A stretch of DNA of 64,000 bases from Paramecium tetraurelia (Eukaryota). The stretch spans positions 186,001-250,000 of the forward strand of contig CT868031.1 in NCBI GenBank assembly GCA_000165425.1. Direction: 5' to 3'. The translations under genes were made by a program, and so were the position numbers. Below, in pieces: positions 26,997-40,314 of this stretch (within the stretch, counting starts at the first letter, position 1; every line of letters starts with the position of its first letter). The notes below the pieces were generated by a model that was given only the letters and a program-made list of their open reading frames with translations, had not been told where the DNA came from and searched no databases.

Positions 26997-29985
26997 TCAA
27001 ATATACTATTAATAGTCTTTGTCTTGTTTGAGTGAATCAATCAAGAACTGGTCATCGAAGAATTTCAAAATAGACACATCTTCATTCAAACCCTTTCTTC
27101 TCCTAGTTTTGATCATGAATTCTCTGGCCAAATGATTTGAAGGTGCTGGCTCTAAAGGTTTAAGCACTATGGTTTTATCTAAAGGATCTCCTGGTAATAA
27201 TGACCAATGATCAAAAACACTTAAACAGAAAGCTTAACCTGAAGTGTGTACTCTAAGATCAGTTTCAAATCCAAAGTGATCAATCGTTGGAATGTGGGCT
27301 CTCACAACTGAGAATGGTGTGCCTGGCTTTGCCTATTCTGATAAGATGTGTCCTCTTCTTCTTAATAGAACATTGTGGATGGCAGGTATACAATCTTGGA
27401 AACACATAATTTCTGTTAATAACATTGGTTCCATGATTTTTGGAGTTGCCATAAGGAATGAGGAATAGCACACTCTTCTTGTTGTGGGGATTATTTAACC
27501 ACCTCCTCTATAAATGGGTTCCTACATTAAAATGAGATGATTACATTAGCAATGTTAGCTTCGATGATCTTGAACTTCACATTTCTGATTGGTTCATCAC
27601 ATAAAGGACCTTCTCTGGTTGCCCATTAAAAACCTTAAATCATATAATCTTTGACTTCAGTTAATAACTATTTGTTTGTTTCAGATGGTAGAGTATCATC
27701 TATAAATACATTGGGTCCTGTTTTCTCTGGACCGAATGCCCACACAGATCTACTCTAAATTATATCCCAAATTAAAATTGGATTTAAAGTAATCGGTTAA
27801 TTTATTCTTAGGCCATGATAAATCAATCTCTTCATTCTCAATTCTCTCAGCCAATCCCTTATCTTAAGGAGTCAACCCTTTGTCTAATGGAGTTGCCAAT
27901 GCTTTAATCTAATTAATATTATATTAATCAAAATACCCTATTCTTTTTATTGGGAGTATCTGCATAACATGTTTTTGATGATGTTTCAATAACAGTTTCA
28001 CAAAAACGAACTGATGGATCTGATACTTTAATTTCTATTTCTGAATACATTTTTCTTAAATCATGCATAACACAATCCAAATATAATTCACCTGTTCCTA
28101 ATAGAATATGTTCTCCAGATTCTTCCACTTTAGTTGTCAAAATAGGATAACTTTTAGTTACCTTACGTAAACCTTCTAACATTTTAGGTAATTCACTTGG
28201 AACTAATGGTTCTATGGCAATCTTCATAGTAGCTAAAATATTATGTTAAATAGGTCTCAAAATGTCCATCTATTAAGAATCCTCTGTAATAGTAGCACTC
28301 TTGCTAATAAATTAATCAATGCCCTCAATCAACACCCAATTTCCTGCAGGCACTTTATTCACTTCTACTCTATATCTACCTTGATAGATATATATGTTCT
28401 TGATATTCCTGATTGCCATATCCTCTTCATCATCTATATTATATTTTTCTCCTAATAATTTAACATTCTATCCCTTTTTAATAGTTCCACTGACCACTCT
28501 CCCCAGAGCATCAAAACTCATGCAATCTGGTCTACTGTACAATTTCACAACATTTATACATAATGGTCCCTTGTGTGAACCTTGAGCTGCTTGAATATAT
28601 GATTATTTTGATTTATCACCTTAATAATATAATTCCATCTTCTTTTTACTACCTTCCTATGAATTGGGTACTTATTCCACTAGAACATCAACTAAAGAGG
28701 ATGTATTACCAAAATAGATAGAACAAACCAATTTCAGTAATGGTCTAGTGTCCATTTTGAATTCACTTTTTTTGAGAGATATCCCTTAACTCAATAAGAA
28801 CGGTTCTAATTGTTCCTTATCCTTAGAAACCACTTACCCAAATAGCTTATATATAGGTTCTAAAATAAATTCAACAAATGTCCTTTAAGTAGCATAAGGT
28901 GACATTTTACGAACAAATTTCTTTTCTTTATTATCATAATAGATGTCTCCCCATAATAGACGAGTGAATTGTTCTGGATTTAAGAAATTGTTGTATCTCC
29001 TTGCAAAACTCTAGATTGTAAAAACAAATTAAAATAAACCTGAACCAAATACCACATTGTGATTGAGAGGTGATATGATCTAATTACCTCCATTATCGGA
29101 TATAATGATATTGACTTCATCAAGTATGTTTTTGATCTTCAAATAGGCATCCGAAGGTGGCAACTTCAACTCAATGATTAATCTATCTATTTTGTTTATC
29201 ACAACTACAATAGGCATCTTCTCCTTGACAGCTGCCTTGATTAGCATTTCAGTAGTCATCATTACTCCTTCAATTACATCAATAATGAGCAACATGGCAT
29301 CACTGGCTCGTAAGGCACAACACACCTCGTCCATGAAGTTCACATGTCCAGGAGTGTCATAGAGATTTATTAAATATGATTTATCTTTGCTATTGGGTAA
29401 CAATAAACTCATAGGGATTGCCTTGATGGAGATCAATCTCTATTATTCATCTTGACGAGTATCGGTGTATCGGATGTCTTTCTACAAACTAAATTGCTTA
29501 AGATGAGTTTGTTTAACAAAGACGTCCATCATTGATGTCTTACCATGATGCAGACCGCCTACAATTGCAACATTTCTTACCAAAGCAGGATTCTTAGAAA
29601 TACGACACAGAAACTCATAGTCGAAAGTAGTTTGAGGTATCTGTGTCTCTTAGATATCAAATTCCTTTGATTTTAATGGAGCAATCATTGGCTGTGTTAT
29701 TGGCTAAGCATCTTCTTCTTGCACATTGATTTCGACATCTCGACCATACACTTGTTATGCATCTGGATAGTATTATTTGTCTTCATTAAGAATGACTGCA
29801 ACTTATTGATTAGGTATGTACACTCTCTTCAAAGATAGAAGCATTTTCTTACATTTGCTATTACATGTTCTTGGTCATTCTCAGCTATCTATTCCTCTTC
29901 AATCTACAGCATTGTCTTCTTCCTCTGAATCGATTTCTGGCCCTATGTAATTTCCGAACTCATCGTAATTATTCATGTCGTCCAT
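26997..29985 (-). CDS. SNU114: U5 snRNP 116 kDa EF-2-like GTPase (with a 7-aa duplication and an apparent 1-nt frameshift)
   Basis: [87 protein letters not shown]. Confidence 0.95.
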
Positions 29986-30054
29986 AATTAATATATAATA
30001 TTAAATTAAATGCATAAATATTTTGATATTGTACTATATAGATATCCATGCAAA

Positions 30055-30583
30055 TCAGAACAAAACAAATTGCTTTCTAACATTACCAATGATTTCATTT
30101 GGGATTACTTTCAAAACATTGAATCTAACAGTCTTTGACAATGGTCTTCATATTAATTCAATAGTACCTGCATTGTCCACAAACAACGATGTCTCCTTCC
30201 TTGACTGGTCCAAATGCTGGTGAAATGTGCACTGGTACATTTCTGTGTCTCTTTTCATATCTGTTATATTTGGCAACATAGTGCAAATAATCTCTTCTAA
30301 TAATGATGGTTCTTGTCATCTTAGTTGAAATGACAATTCCTCTATAATACATTCATTCTAGATCATACTTTAATATTGCTCCTCTGACACTAACATTTCC
30401 TGTGAATGGACATTTCTTATCAATGTAATTACCCTCGATTGCATCCTTTGGTACTTTGAACCCCAAACCAACTTCTTTCCAGTATCTAACACCTTTGGAT
30501 GTCTTCTTAGCTAAGAGTTTCTTGGAGTTTTAGAAAATGCCTTCTTATTTTTAGAATGCTCTTTGATTTTGAACGTCTGCCAT
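30055..30583 (-). CDS. RPS11: 40S ribosomal protein S11 (uS17)
   Basis: [13 protein letters not shown]...[10 protein letters not shown]...RYEKRHRN...[12 protein letters not shown]; two tiny introns. Confidence 0.97.
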
Positions 30584-30729
30584 AATATATTTTTTTTAAT
30601 TAAAAGATATTAATTTTTTATTCTTTAATCCTCGAATTAGAATCAATATTATCCATATAATCCACCCACTTCAATACTCTTTCCAAATTATTTATTCTTT
30701 TTTCAACTCAATTTATACATAAATAAATT

Positions 30730-31609
30730 ATGCAAAATCAAATTGTGCTCCTTCAATTAAAAAAATAATTAGAGGAAACAATCAAAACTCAACAATTACT
30801 TAAGAAATTGCCAACCAAAAAATTGGTTCAATTTAACTCAGTCATGTACCTAGAAGCAAAATTACCAAAATAAGATAAATGCATTATTTCATTGGAAGCA
30901 GACTACGCAGCTGAAGTCTCCTTGGACTCTGCACAATAAATTCTGTAAAGAAGGAGAATTAGATTGGAAGAAAACTTTAATAACCTGAGAGAGAAGGAGT
31001 CTTATGAAGAAATGCAACACGATATAGGAAATAAGATAGATGAGGACAAGGATTAGAGTAAAAGTGAGGATATCAATCAAAATTCTGATTCAAGAAAGGG
31101 TTAAAAAATTGATTTTATTCAAAAATTAAAGGGAAGAAGAAAAACTTTAATTGAAGTAGAAACAAGAAAAAGAAAGGCTGGAAAAGGAGAGATTAGAAAG
31201 AGAAAAAATAGAGAAAGAAAAACAAAAACAAAATTAATCTATGGGTTAAGTCACTTAATTGGCAGATGGCTTGGTTGAAATAGAGGAAAAATATGTTTAA
31301 GAAGACGACTGCAATGAAGCTCAAATCAATGAAGAAAAGCAATAACTTCTTAAATTGATTTCTGATGCTTTTTATAAGGAAAAATACGATGACTACGATA
31401 GATATTAACTTTAATTGAAGGAATTGAATGAGAAATTGAGTTCAATCAAGCCTAAAACAGAGATTCCTTAATAGAAAGAAGCAGTTTAAGCTAAATAATA
31501 ATTGCCTACAATATAAGAGAATGAACCCAATGATGACACACAATAGGAGGAACAACCCAAAAGAATTTCAAAGTTCAAATAAGATAGACTCAAACAAAAG
31601 AAAGGATGA
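30730..31609 (+). CDS. URI1/Bud27-like unconventional prefoldin
   Basis: N-terminal alpha-prefoldin-like region (CIISLEADYAAEVSLDSAQQILQRR), internal DGLVEIEE, and C-terminal URI-box-like KRISKFKQDRL. Confidence 0.72.
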
Positions 31610-31642
31610 TATAATTTATTTTTATTGTAATTAATTTTAATT

Positions 31643-32030
31643 ATGGATTTATCAGCAATAAATTCCAATTTTAAGAATTTCCTTGAAGAAGTTGGTTCAT
31701 ATTATAGTGTTGTTGATGATCAAGAGGTCCAAATATTAAGGAAAAAGCAAGATGAATGTTACAAAAATTTCTTGCATGTCTAATTTGAATATACAAAGTG
31801 TAATATCATAGACTAGTAAATTAGGTGTTTAACAAATTGATGACAAATACACTGATTTGAATAAAACTTTTAAGTTCAAAACGGAAAAAGCTGCCAAATC
31901 CTACAAATCCTGTTTATAACACAAAAAAGTTGAAGAATGCCACGACAGAACATGGAAGCATCTACATGAAAATATGAAGCAATACATTTCATTATTAAGA
32001 AGAATTGATACCTAAACTATTAAATATTGA
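31643..32030 (+). CDS. Small helical protein with two Cys pairs
   Basis: About 120 aa, one 25-nt intron; Cx13C and Cx8C. Confidence 0.65.
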
Positions 32031-32062
32031 ATAATAATATATAATATAATAAATTACTTAAT

Positions 32063-32638
32063 ATGCTAAACTTAGATTCAACTCAAGAATTGACCTACGA
32101 ATAATAACATGAATTATACAATTAGCAAATTGCTGATAATAAATAGATGTCAAGTGCATTGGCTTATTTGCTAATGGATTTGTGTGAGGAAGGTGACAAT
32201 GATGCTAATAACATTTAAGAACTTGAATCTTTTAATAGTCCTAAAGTTCCATCAATTTCTATTTATGATTACATCTGCAGAATCTTAAAGCAAGCTTAAT
32301 GTTCTTAAGAGTGCTTAATCATGGGTTTAATATTCATGGATAAATTATCTAAGAAGTGGGGAAGAATTATTGTCAAATCCATTAATGTCCATAGGTATTT
32401 CACTCTAAACTAATTTAGATTGTATGTGGTAGCAGTCATGTTATCAGCCAAATTTTATGATGACCGATTCTTTCAAAATTCCTATTATGCCAAAGTCGCT
32501 GGGATTACACATGAAGAATTCAACCATTTGGAAAGAGTCTTGGTTTTCTTATTGGACTTTAAGTTAATTATAGATCCGCTACTCTTCTTTACATATCGAT
32601 AAAGGATTATGACTAATTACTTTGACAACCAAGAATGA
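32063..32638 (+). CDS. PHO80/P(U)-type cyclin
   Basis: VPSISIYDYICRI, NVHRL, SAKFYDDRFFQNSYYAKVAGI, NHLE. Confidence 0.9.
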
Positions 32639-32972
32639 TCTTAAATTTAATTTATGTGTTATTCTTAATTTATAACGTAATCATAAATATAGATATTATT
32701 ACATCCCAATCCATTCTCTACTATTATCATAAATGAAGATACGATTACTCAACCAATGATTGGATGCAGTATCGAGATATTTAAGTCCAATATTGAATGA
32801 TTCGGAATATTCTTAAGTTTTGCTTTTGTGATTTATTTTCCTTTCTTTAAGTTAGATAACTAATATATAGATATGAAATTTTAAATTTCAAATTTAAAAG
32901 ATGAAATATAAGTTGTCATCGATTGTGCAATTAATAGCTATATATTATTTCATTTATGTTTTATTAATTATT

Positions 32973-33726
32973 ATGGGGAATAATCTTTGTTATTAAACAG
33001 GAGAGAGATCATCTTAATTTCCTTAATTACTTCTTAAGTACGAGATGGGGAACTGTGAAATTGCTCTGACTGCTGGTCCTGTTGAGAATGAGGATGTAGA
33101 ATGCCTAGTAATTCCAACAGATTCAGAATACTCGAATATTAAGTAGAGTGATAAACCAACATTCGCATAATTAAATGGGAAATGTGTGTTTGTGGCAGCT
33201 AGGAAGAGTATCATTAAATACAAAATATTTTAAGCACAGAAAAATTAGATTTTGGCTGTTGTTATCGATAAGGAAACTATATTGAGTAGTGATAAAAGTG
33301 ACGATGAAAAATAAACCATTTATGAAGCAGTTCAAGAAGCCTTAAAAATAGTATTTCATCATGCATAACTCTTTTAAAGGCAGAATAAAAGCAAATGAAA
33401 TCCATAGGGTTTCCAGTTTTTGCATCAAAGGATCACACTACATCAGCAACCATTATGTTGATGGCCATTAAACTGAGCGTGACTGAGTAAAAAATTAAAT
33501 CCTTAAAAAGAATAGTAATCACATTAGATGTATATATATTATAAATTAAAAGCATGTTGAACAAGTGAGTAGCTTTAAATGGGTGTTTTAGTAAGTATTC
33601 AAAGGAAACTAATAAATTGCAAATTCTAGAACTTATTCAAGCTCAATAATGGAATAAATGGAATCCATTTCCGTTGATATCGTTAAAACTAAATAAAAAT
33701 GTGCTACTAAGGAGGAAAAAGCATGA
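32973..33726 (+). CDS. Degenerate macro-domain-like protein with MGNNLC N-terminus
   Basis: EIALTAGPVENEDVECLVIP...EAVQEALKIAEQKQMKSIGFPVF...IVI follows macro-domain order. Confidence 0.6.
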
Positions 33727-34005
33727 GATAATCTTTAATTCATAAGTAACAAATTGATTTATATTGTTTACATTAAATTCAAAATCTTTACTTTTTAAAT
33801 CATTTCTAACACTCTTCTATTAAATAAATAAGCACCTCAAACAGAATTTAAAAACCTCTAAGGTAGTTTCAATAAAATTAGTAGGCAATCAAATATGAAC
33901 TAGCTTTTATGATGATAAAATACATTTTCTAATTTTATGATATCTACTGTAAACTTTAGCAGGATTAAATAATTTAACAAATGCTAATATTTTGATTAGA
34001 AGAGT

Positions 34006-34629
34006 ATGAAATAAACATAAAACTTAGAAGTTCAATTGATTTGGATATTGTCAAATGCCATAGAATATATAATCATTTTTGGATATCATAAATCTGACAG
34101 AGGATTATTTATTAAGTATATTAGTAAGTTAATATATTAAATATTTGAGTATTGTATAACAGATAGAAGAATTTAATATGTTCTGAAATTTGAGCTTAAA
34201 ATAGATGAGAATATACTATTTACTTGTAAGAAAAATATCATAAAATCTGGTCTGAAAAAACTAATCTTAAAAGAGGAGTTTTATACCTATAGAATTGTGA
34301 CAAAACGATAATGTGATTTGCAACTTAATTAAACTAAATAATTATTTCAGTTTTAATCATTAGTGTATCAAACAATAAATAAATTAATTATCAAATAATG
34401 GATATACTTACAGTTGAAAAATAAATTTCAAATGTTGTTATATGATGATTTAACATTAAATCAATGCAGTATTCAAATGAACTTCAACTTTTATTTAGAA
34501 TTCTATGAAAAAAATGAATAGAAGTGGTCTATCAAGTGTTAACTTCGATTAAACACATTTTGCTTGTTAAATTTCATCTTGTTTTAAGTTTCTAGAACAA
34601 TTGTAAGTCAGCACTAAGTGAATATGTGA
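34006..34629 (+). CDS. Possible hypothetical ORF or decayed gene
   Basis: 207-codon TGA-free table-6 frame in a roughly 1 kb gap; no recognisable motif. Confidence 0.25.
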
Positions 34630-34750
34630 ACATCTAGTTGTAATCTTTGTATTAGGAATTAGAATCCAGATTCTCAATGTTTAGAGATGAGATATTTACA
34701 CTACATTATAAATGAATTAAATAGTCGTTTTTAATTAATATATTATATAA

Positions 34751-35877
34751 ATGAAATATTTAGTGCTCTTTGCTTTAGTACTTTTGACAATCGCAGTAAA
34801 TGACAATCAGACAAAGTAATTGTTAAATAAATAAAAAGACAAAAATCAATTGAGGAACAACATCCTTCTCTTTTTAGAGCATTAAAAAACATGGCATTAT
34901 TACAAGAGCAATCATAATAATTGGACTACTCTCGTTTGATCAATGCCATCAATGATCTTGAATCTGAAATTGCACAAAATAAGGAAGATGAAAATGCTTC
35001 ATTCAACAAGGACTTTTTATCCAACAATGCAGATTAAGAATTTTATGAAAATCAAATCACACAATATCAAGTTGAAGTGGCTCAACACGAAGTTGATTTG
35101 GCTGATCTTACAGAAGCTAGAAACTCATTACAATCACTATTAAATGATTCAATCAAGGAACAATAGGATGTTACACTCTTAAGAAATTAATTGGATCAAT
35201 AGATAAAGACTGATGCTGCTAATACTGCTGCCTAATTATAAGAGTTTGATGATTCAGCAGCTGCAATTGACGAAGCCCTTAACTTGTTGACTTCCTTGAA
35301 GAATGCTGATAGTTTGGCACAAGTCAATGACAAATTGAAGACTCATTTGAGTAAACAAAAGGTTTTCTTCCAACCCTTGATCGTTGCTCTTACTGATATT
35401 GCTTAATCCAAGTAACAAAATATATTAGATTATTTTATAGTTTCGCAAACCAAGAATTGATCAGCAAAGTCACTAATCTTCTAAATTAATTGAGAACTTC
35501 ACTCTTAGAAAGCAGATTACAATTGGTTGTTTCATCTTAAGGATTGGAAGCATTGAATAAGGAGTTGTTGGGCACTTACGATGATAAATTGAATGTGTTA
35601 TCCACAGTTGTCTTACCAGATTTGAGAGAGAACATTGAAATCAAGGATGGTATGTGTGATTATATCCAATAATGTAGCTGAAATCAAGGCCAAGTCTAAT
35701 TTACTCAATGATGCCAAATCCAATTTGTAGGATGCTCAAGATAACTTGAAAGCCACTTAGGATGCTTGGATCGTGAGAGCTAATTTGAACTCTAAATTAG
35801 TATAATAGTATGATAATGATCTATCACTTATTCAATAAGTCAAATAAAGTTTTGATAGGGCAGGTATCAAATAATGA
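34751..35877 (+). CDS. Trichocyst matrix protein-like secreted coiled-coil precursor
   Basis: Signal peptide MKYLVLFALVLLTIA; acidic heptad-rich protein of about 350 aa; AAIDEALNLL and LISKVTNLLNQLRTSL segments typical of TMP-like precursors. Confidence 0.65.
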
Positions 35878-36025
35878 TTGAATAACAATAATAATTATAC
35901 AATATTCATTATCCATTTTAATATATATGATATTGCATTTATATATAATAGTGAATGTTAGTGTAAAACAATATCAAGTATAAATGATAAATTTTATTGT
36001 TATATATTTATATTGTTAATAAGTC

Positions 36026-36858
36026 ATGCACATCAAATCTTAACCTTTTTTCTTTGTCTCTCAACAATTCTAAGTAACTAATATTATTAAATCAGAGTCC
36101 TGATTGCTATCCAAGTAGATTGGATAGTAGGAGTTCTCAGGTGGATGTACTAAAAAAGTTTTATTTAGAATAATTGGTGAGTGATTTAAGAAAAGACAAT
36201 CAGCAATTGTTTGATCAAATGGAAGAGATCAGAGTTAAAAACTTCAATAGGGAACATGAATACATCAATCAAATCAAAGATTTGCAAGAACAACTCTTGG
36301 ATATTTAAGCACTGAACAAAAATTAAGAATACTAGATCTAATTTTTACAAACGAAAATATCTTTTCTAGAATAAAACCCTAAACCTTTAGATCAATAACT
36401 AACCACTAGTACAGGTAAACATTTAGATCAAATTAGATCTATTCAATTCTAAATTTCAATCTGAAAGTGGAGAATCAAATTAGTTAACTCGAAGTCTCAA
36501 TACCATTTTGGAACAAAAGAATATCATAATCAAGGAGTACGATGAGATCAAAAATAAATTCAAATTAACACAACTTGAACAATCTAATAAAATTGAGTAA
36601 TTGCATACTGAAATCCATAATCTAAACAAATAAATTAAGAAATTGGAACTTCAATTGATCAATCAGTAAAAATAGGTTACTCTATATTAAAATGAAACTT
36701 AATAGTGGAGGGGCAAATTTTTATAATTGAATAAAACTTATAATAAAAGTTCAGAGTAATTGGTTTTAACCTGTGTTGAATTAGATACTGCAAAAAAAGA
36801 AATTTAACATATGAATGATCTACGTAGCAAGAGAAGAAGTGTGGGCAGTATAATTTGA
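36026..36858 (+). CDS. Hypothetical coiled-coil protein
   Basis: Heptad-rich frame ending ...KRRSVGSII*. Confidence 0.65.
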
Positions 36859-36901
36859 TACTGGTTTTATGATATTTAATATTTTCATTAATATTATTAC
36901 A

Positions 36902-39882
36902 ATGGACATTAAATTATAAGTCGATAATCTTACTAAACCTATTAAAGAAGTACTTTAGAATATTGATCAAGTTAAAGCGTAAATCCTATTATCCCATAGT
37001 CAATAATTTGCACTATCTATAATTGAATTTATTTTCTTAGGGAATTGCTGTCCTTGCACTTTAACGCCTGTTGAATATAAAACCATAATTATCCAATATG
37101 TTTAACAATTAAGAAAGTATTATCAGAACAATAAGGAATCAACAGCTTGCTAAGTATATCAGTTAAATAATTAGAGATTGTAAACAAACTGATAAAACAG
37201 CGGTAAGATCATGGAGATCGTGAACAGGAAGGTTTTATGAATTCAGATGAAGAAGAAACCAATTTGGTTAAACAAATAACATTTTAGTAAAATACTTAAG
37301 ATTATTCCAACGATGCAGGTTTGGAAAAGCACAAATTGGTACTACAATAGAAGGATTACGAAATCGCAAATCTCAAGGCAAAACTATAGGTAAAAGAGTA
37401 GAAACTCCTGGATTTGGCTAGTGGTTACTTAAAGGATTTATAAAATATGAGAGAACAAATGTATAAAAAGTCTGATGATTTTGATTACTATGAGGTTTCC
37501 TATTGTGACGTAACAGATATTGAAGATCCTCGTTATAGAGATTTAGTTAATAACAAGATAGCCAATTTGAAGAGTCAATACGAAAAGAAAACAAGGGAAA
37601 TGTAAATTAAATCTAATACTTAGATATCTATTTGTACAGAAGCAAAAGACTGAAATTTAGAATTTGAGATAGACTGTTGGAACTTACGAGTAAAAGTTGT
37701 AGTTGATGGATAATATAGAGTATCTGATGAATCGCGTATTTGCATTAGAACAAGACCCTTATAAAATATGGAAATACATCCAGGATATCAAAGGAAATGA
37801 ATACTTTCATGATGTTTTTGAAAAATAGAAACCAGCTTCAGGAATTCGATATAGAGAAGTGAATAAACTGTTGATGGTAACAAAAGCTTACGATAGAGAA
37901 CTAGAATATTTTAAAAAAGGAATCGAAGATCAAATGTATGTCTATTTGGAGAGGGCTTGTGGAATCATTAATATCTAAAACCAAGATCAATTGGATGAAA
38001 TACAGGAGCTGAAAAAGGAAGTTGCCAGAGTTTAGTAGTTTGAGAGTAGAATCAACTAATAAATTATGCGTTAATTTGATTAGTTTAAAAAATAATGTAA
38101 TTAAGGTTATAATAATTAAAATAGTGAAATAACATTAAGAGGAATATTTGGATGTAAAATCTAAAGAATTGTAATAATTGCAGAAAATTCAACTTAAATA
38201 CGCTACTCGACTCTGGTATTTAGTGAGTCAAGTAAAGAATGGCAAAGATATCAAGGAATTGATCTTATATGCATAGTAAAGCAAAAAGTTAATAATATAG
38301 TTAGAATGACTACGAAAAACTGACATCGTAACAGTTCTTGGAGTTGGAAAATAATTATCTGTAAGGTATTATCACTACGAAAATAAAGTAAGAAGAAATC
38401 GCAGAGTTGAGCAATAAGTTGGAATAGATGTAATTATCTAATGACGAACTTAAGATCTAAAATTCATAGATGAAAGTGACTATTTTAGATCTTAAAGCCA
38501 AAGTTAAGAACAATCAGAAATGTTTGCAACAAACAGTTAAACATATTGATGCTAAGATCAATCATGAATAACTTAATCTGGATGACAATAACAGGGAAAC
38601 TACCATTAGTTTTAAAGACAGACTTAAACAACTTAGACAATAGCACAATGGATTAAAATTTATATAAGAAGTGCAATTGCAATATGAAAAAAATGATATG
38701 GCATTAGAATTTCTAAGTACATCATATGAAAACAGATAGACTTAAACTATGATTGGAAATGTCAGTAAGAGTTTGGCAGAAGCCATTTAAATACATGAGA
38801 TGAATAGAATTAGTGATGAAACAAATGAGGATTACGATTACATGTAAAATAAATAGAGGGATATAGAATGCTAAACTGATTTAATTAATGTTGATGAATT
38901 ATTAAAGTAAATTACAGCTTTGAAATAATAAATTAAACATTTATCATAAGATATAGATGATATGGAAGGTGAAGGAGTAATATAATAGCATTTTTAGCTT
39001 ATTAATTAACGAAATCAATCCTTTGATGTTAATTCATCTCAAAAAAGCTCAAATCTTAAAAGAAGATATGTTTAAGTTAATGAATCTAAGGATTCATACT
39101 CAAATTACTAAGATGATCTTAGAGCATCCAACGACAAAAGTAATGGTTATCAATTAGGATAGACTAATTAATTAATAATCTTGCATCCTTAATCATCAGT
39201 TGAAAAAATTGCCTAAACTTAGACATTCTATACATCCAAACTCTAATAAAAAGGAGTATTTAATAGATTATTTGAGGATAGTAAGAGGAAGTGCGAAAGA
39301 ATCTAATAAATCAAAAATAATTTGGAACTTTTGGAAAAGGAGCATTGGTAATAGGTAGCTGAATTAGTAAAAGAGGATTAAGAAATAGTGAATGCATTTA
39401 AAGATAGTCTTTCATCAAGCAAACATTTTTATTAGAAATAGTTAAAAAGAAATATGGAAATGGAATAAAAATACTTTCCACAAAAACATAATAGGGCTCA
39501 ATTCTATTTCAAAAAGTTTAAGGATTTTCATGTGCATCAATAAGAATTAAATGAAATCTTTTTTGATCCTAATTCTAGTGATGAAAAAACTTAGGAAATT
39601 TAGAGATTGAACATCAAAAGTGTAGTTGATAATAGAAAATTGAATGGATAAATCAAATTTAATGGATTAAAAAGGGAGGAATATTAATTCTTTAAGTAAC
39701 TTGAAAAGAGAAAATAACAAAGCAGAACTTTTAGAAGTACTTAATAATCTCCAAAATAGAAGAGGGTCCAGTATGTCTCATTTACTAAACCATTTATTGG
39801 AAGTTTAACTAGCTATGAAATGAACGATTTCAATAACTAATAAATCACTAAACACTTGTAAAAAGTTTACGATTTGGGCTGA
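36902..39882 (+). CDS. Large hypothetical coiled-coil protein
   Basis: MDIKLQVDNL...; several tiny introns; ends ...QKVYDLG*. Confidence 0.7.
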
Positions 39883-40303
39883 CTCTGGCCCTTCTGCATT
39901 GCTATCTCACTAATGAATTTATTGAAAATTTTTCAAATCCCAATTTATTATGATTTGGTATGTCCATTGATTTCATTTAGTCTATTTCCTTCTTCTATTC
40001 TATCGGTTCCGTTGGATATCTATTCCTCACTAATGCTCTGATCAAATAAGGAGATGTTTTTTGCTATTCTTATATTTTAGGTAGGTGTCTTGAGAATGAA
40101 TTCTTTATCTATGGTTATTGTATAACTTATTGCATTGCTAATTCTAATTCCTGCTGCTTTTTTAAAACATAATTAGCAAAGCTAGTTTCCTCACTTGTAT
40201 GTTTTACTATCTTTACATATGATGAAGTATCTAATGAATGTCTTATGTTTTCCTTCAATGGTCTAAATGGTTTCTTTAAAAGAGGTAATGAATATTATTA
40301 CAT
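39845..40303 (-). CDS. Hypothetical 152-aa protein overlapping the 3' end of the upstream + strand gene
   Basis: Intronless frame MQQYSLPLLKKPFRPL...RARVSPNRKLFTSVQ*; exactly 153 codons. Confidence 0.6.
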
Positions 40304-40314
40304 TTATTTAATTT

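Noticed and set aside
27852..27893. Retained TA-bounded IES as the cause of the Snu114 duplication
   Set aside because: TA-to-TA distance is 21 bp, below the roughly 26-bp minimum; no IES end consensus; the segment is a codon-preserving copy.
29917..29940. In-frame TGA near the Snu114 N-terminus (just 3' of this segment) as possible readthrough or Sec
   Set aside because: It lies in a 23-nt GT..AG segment whose removal restores the frame, so it is an ordinary intron.
32730..32780. SECIS-like ATGAA...AA...GA hairpin downstream of the cyclin TGA
   Set aside because: Helix II pairing and the non-Watson-Crick quartet register do not fit, and the upstream gene is a complete cyclin with no Sec context.
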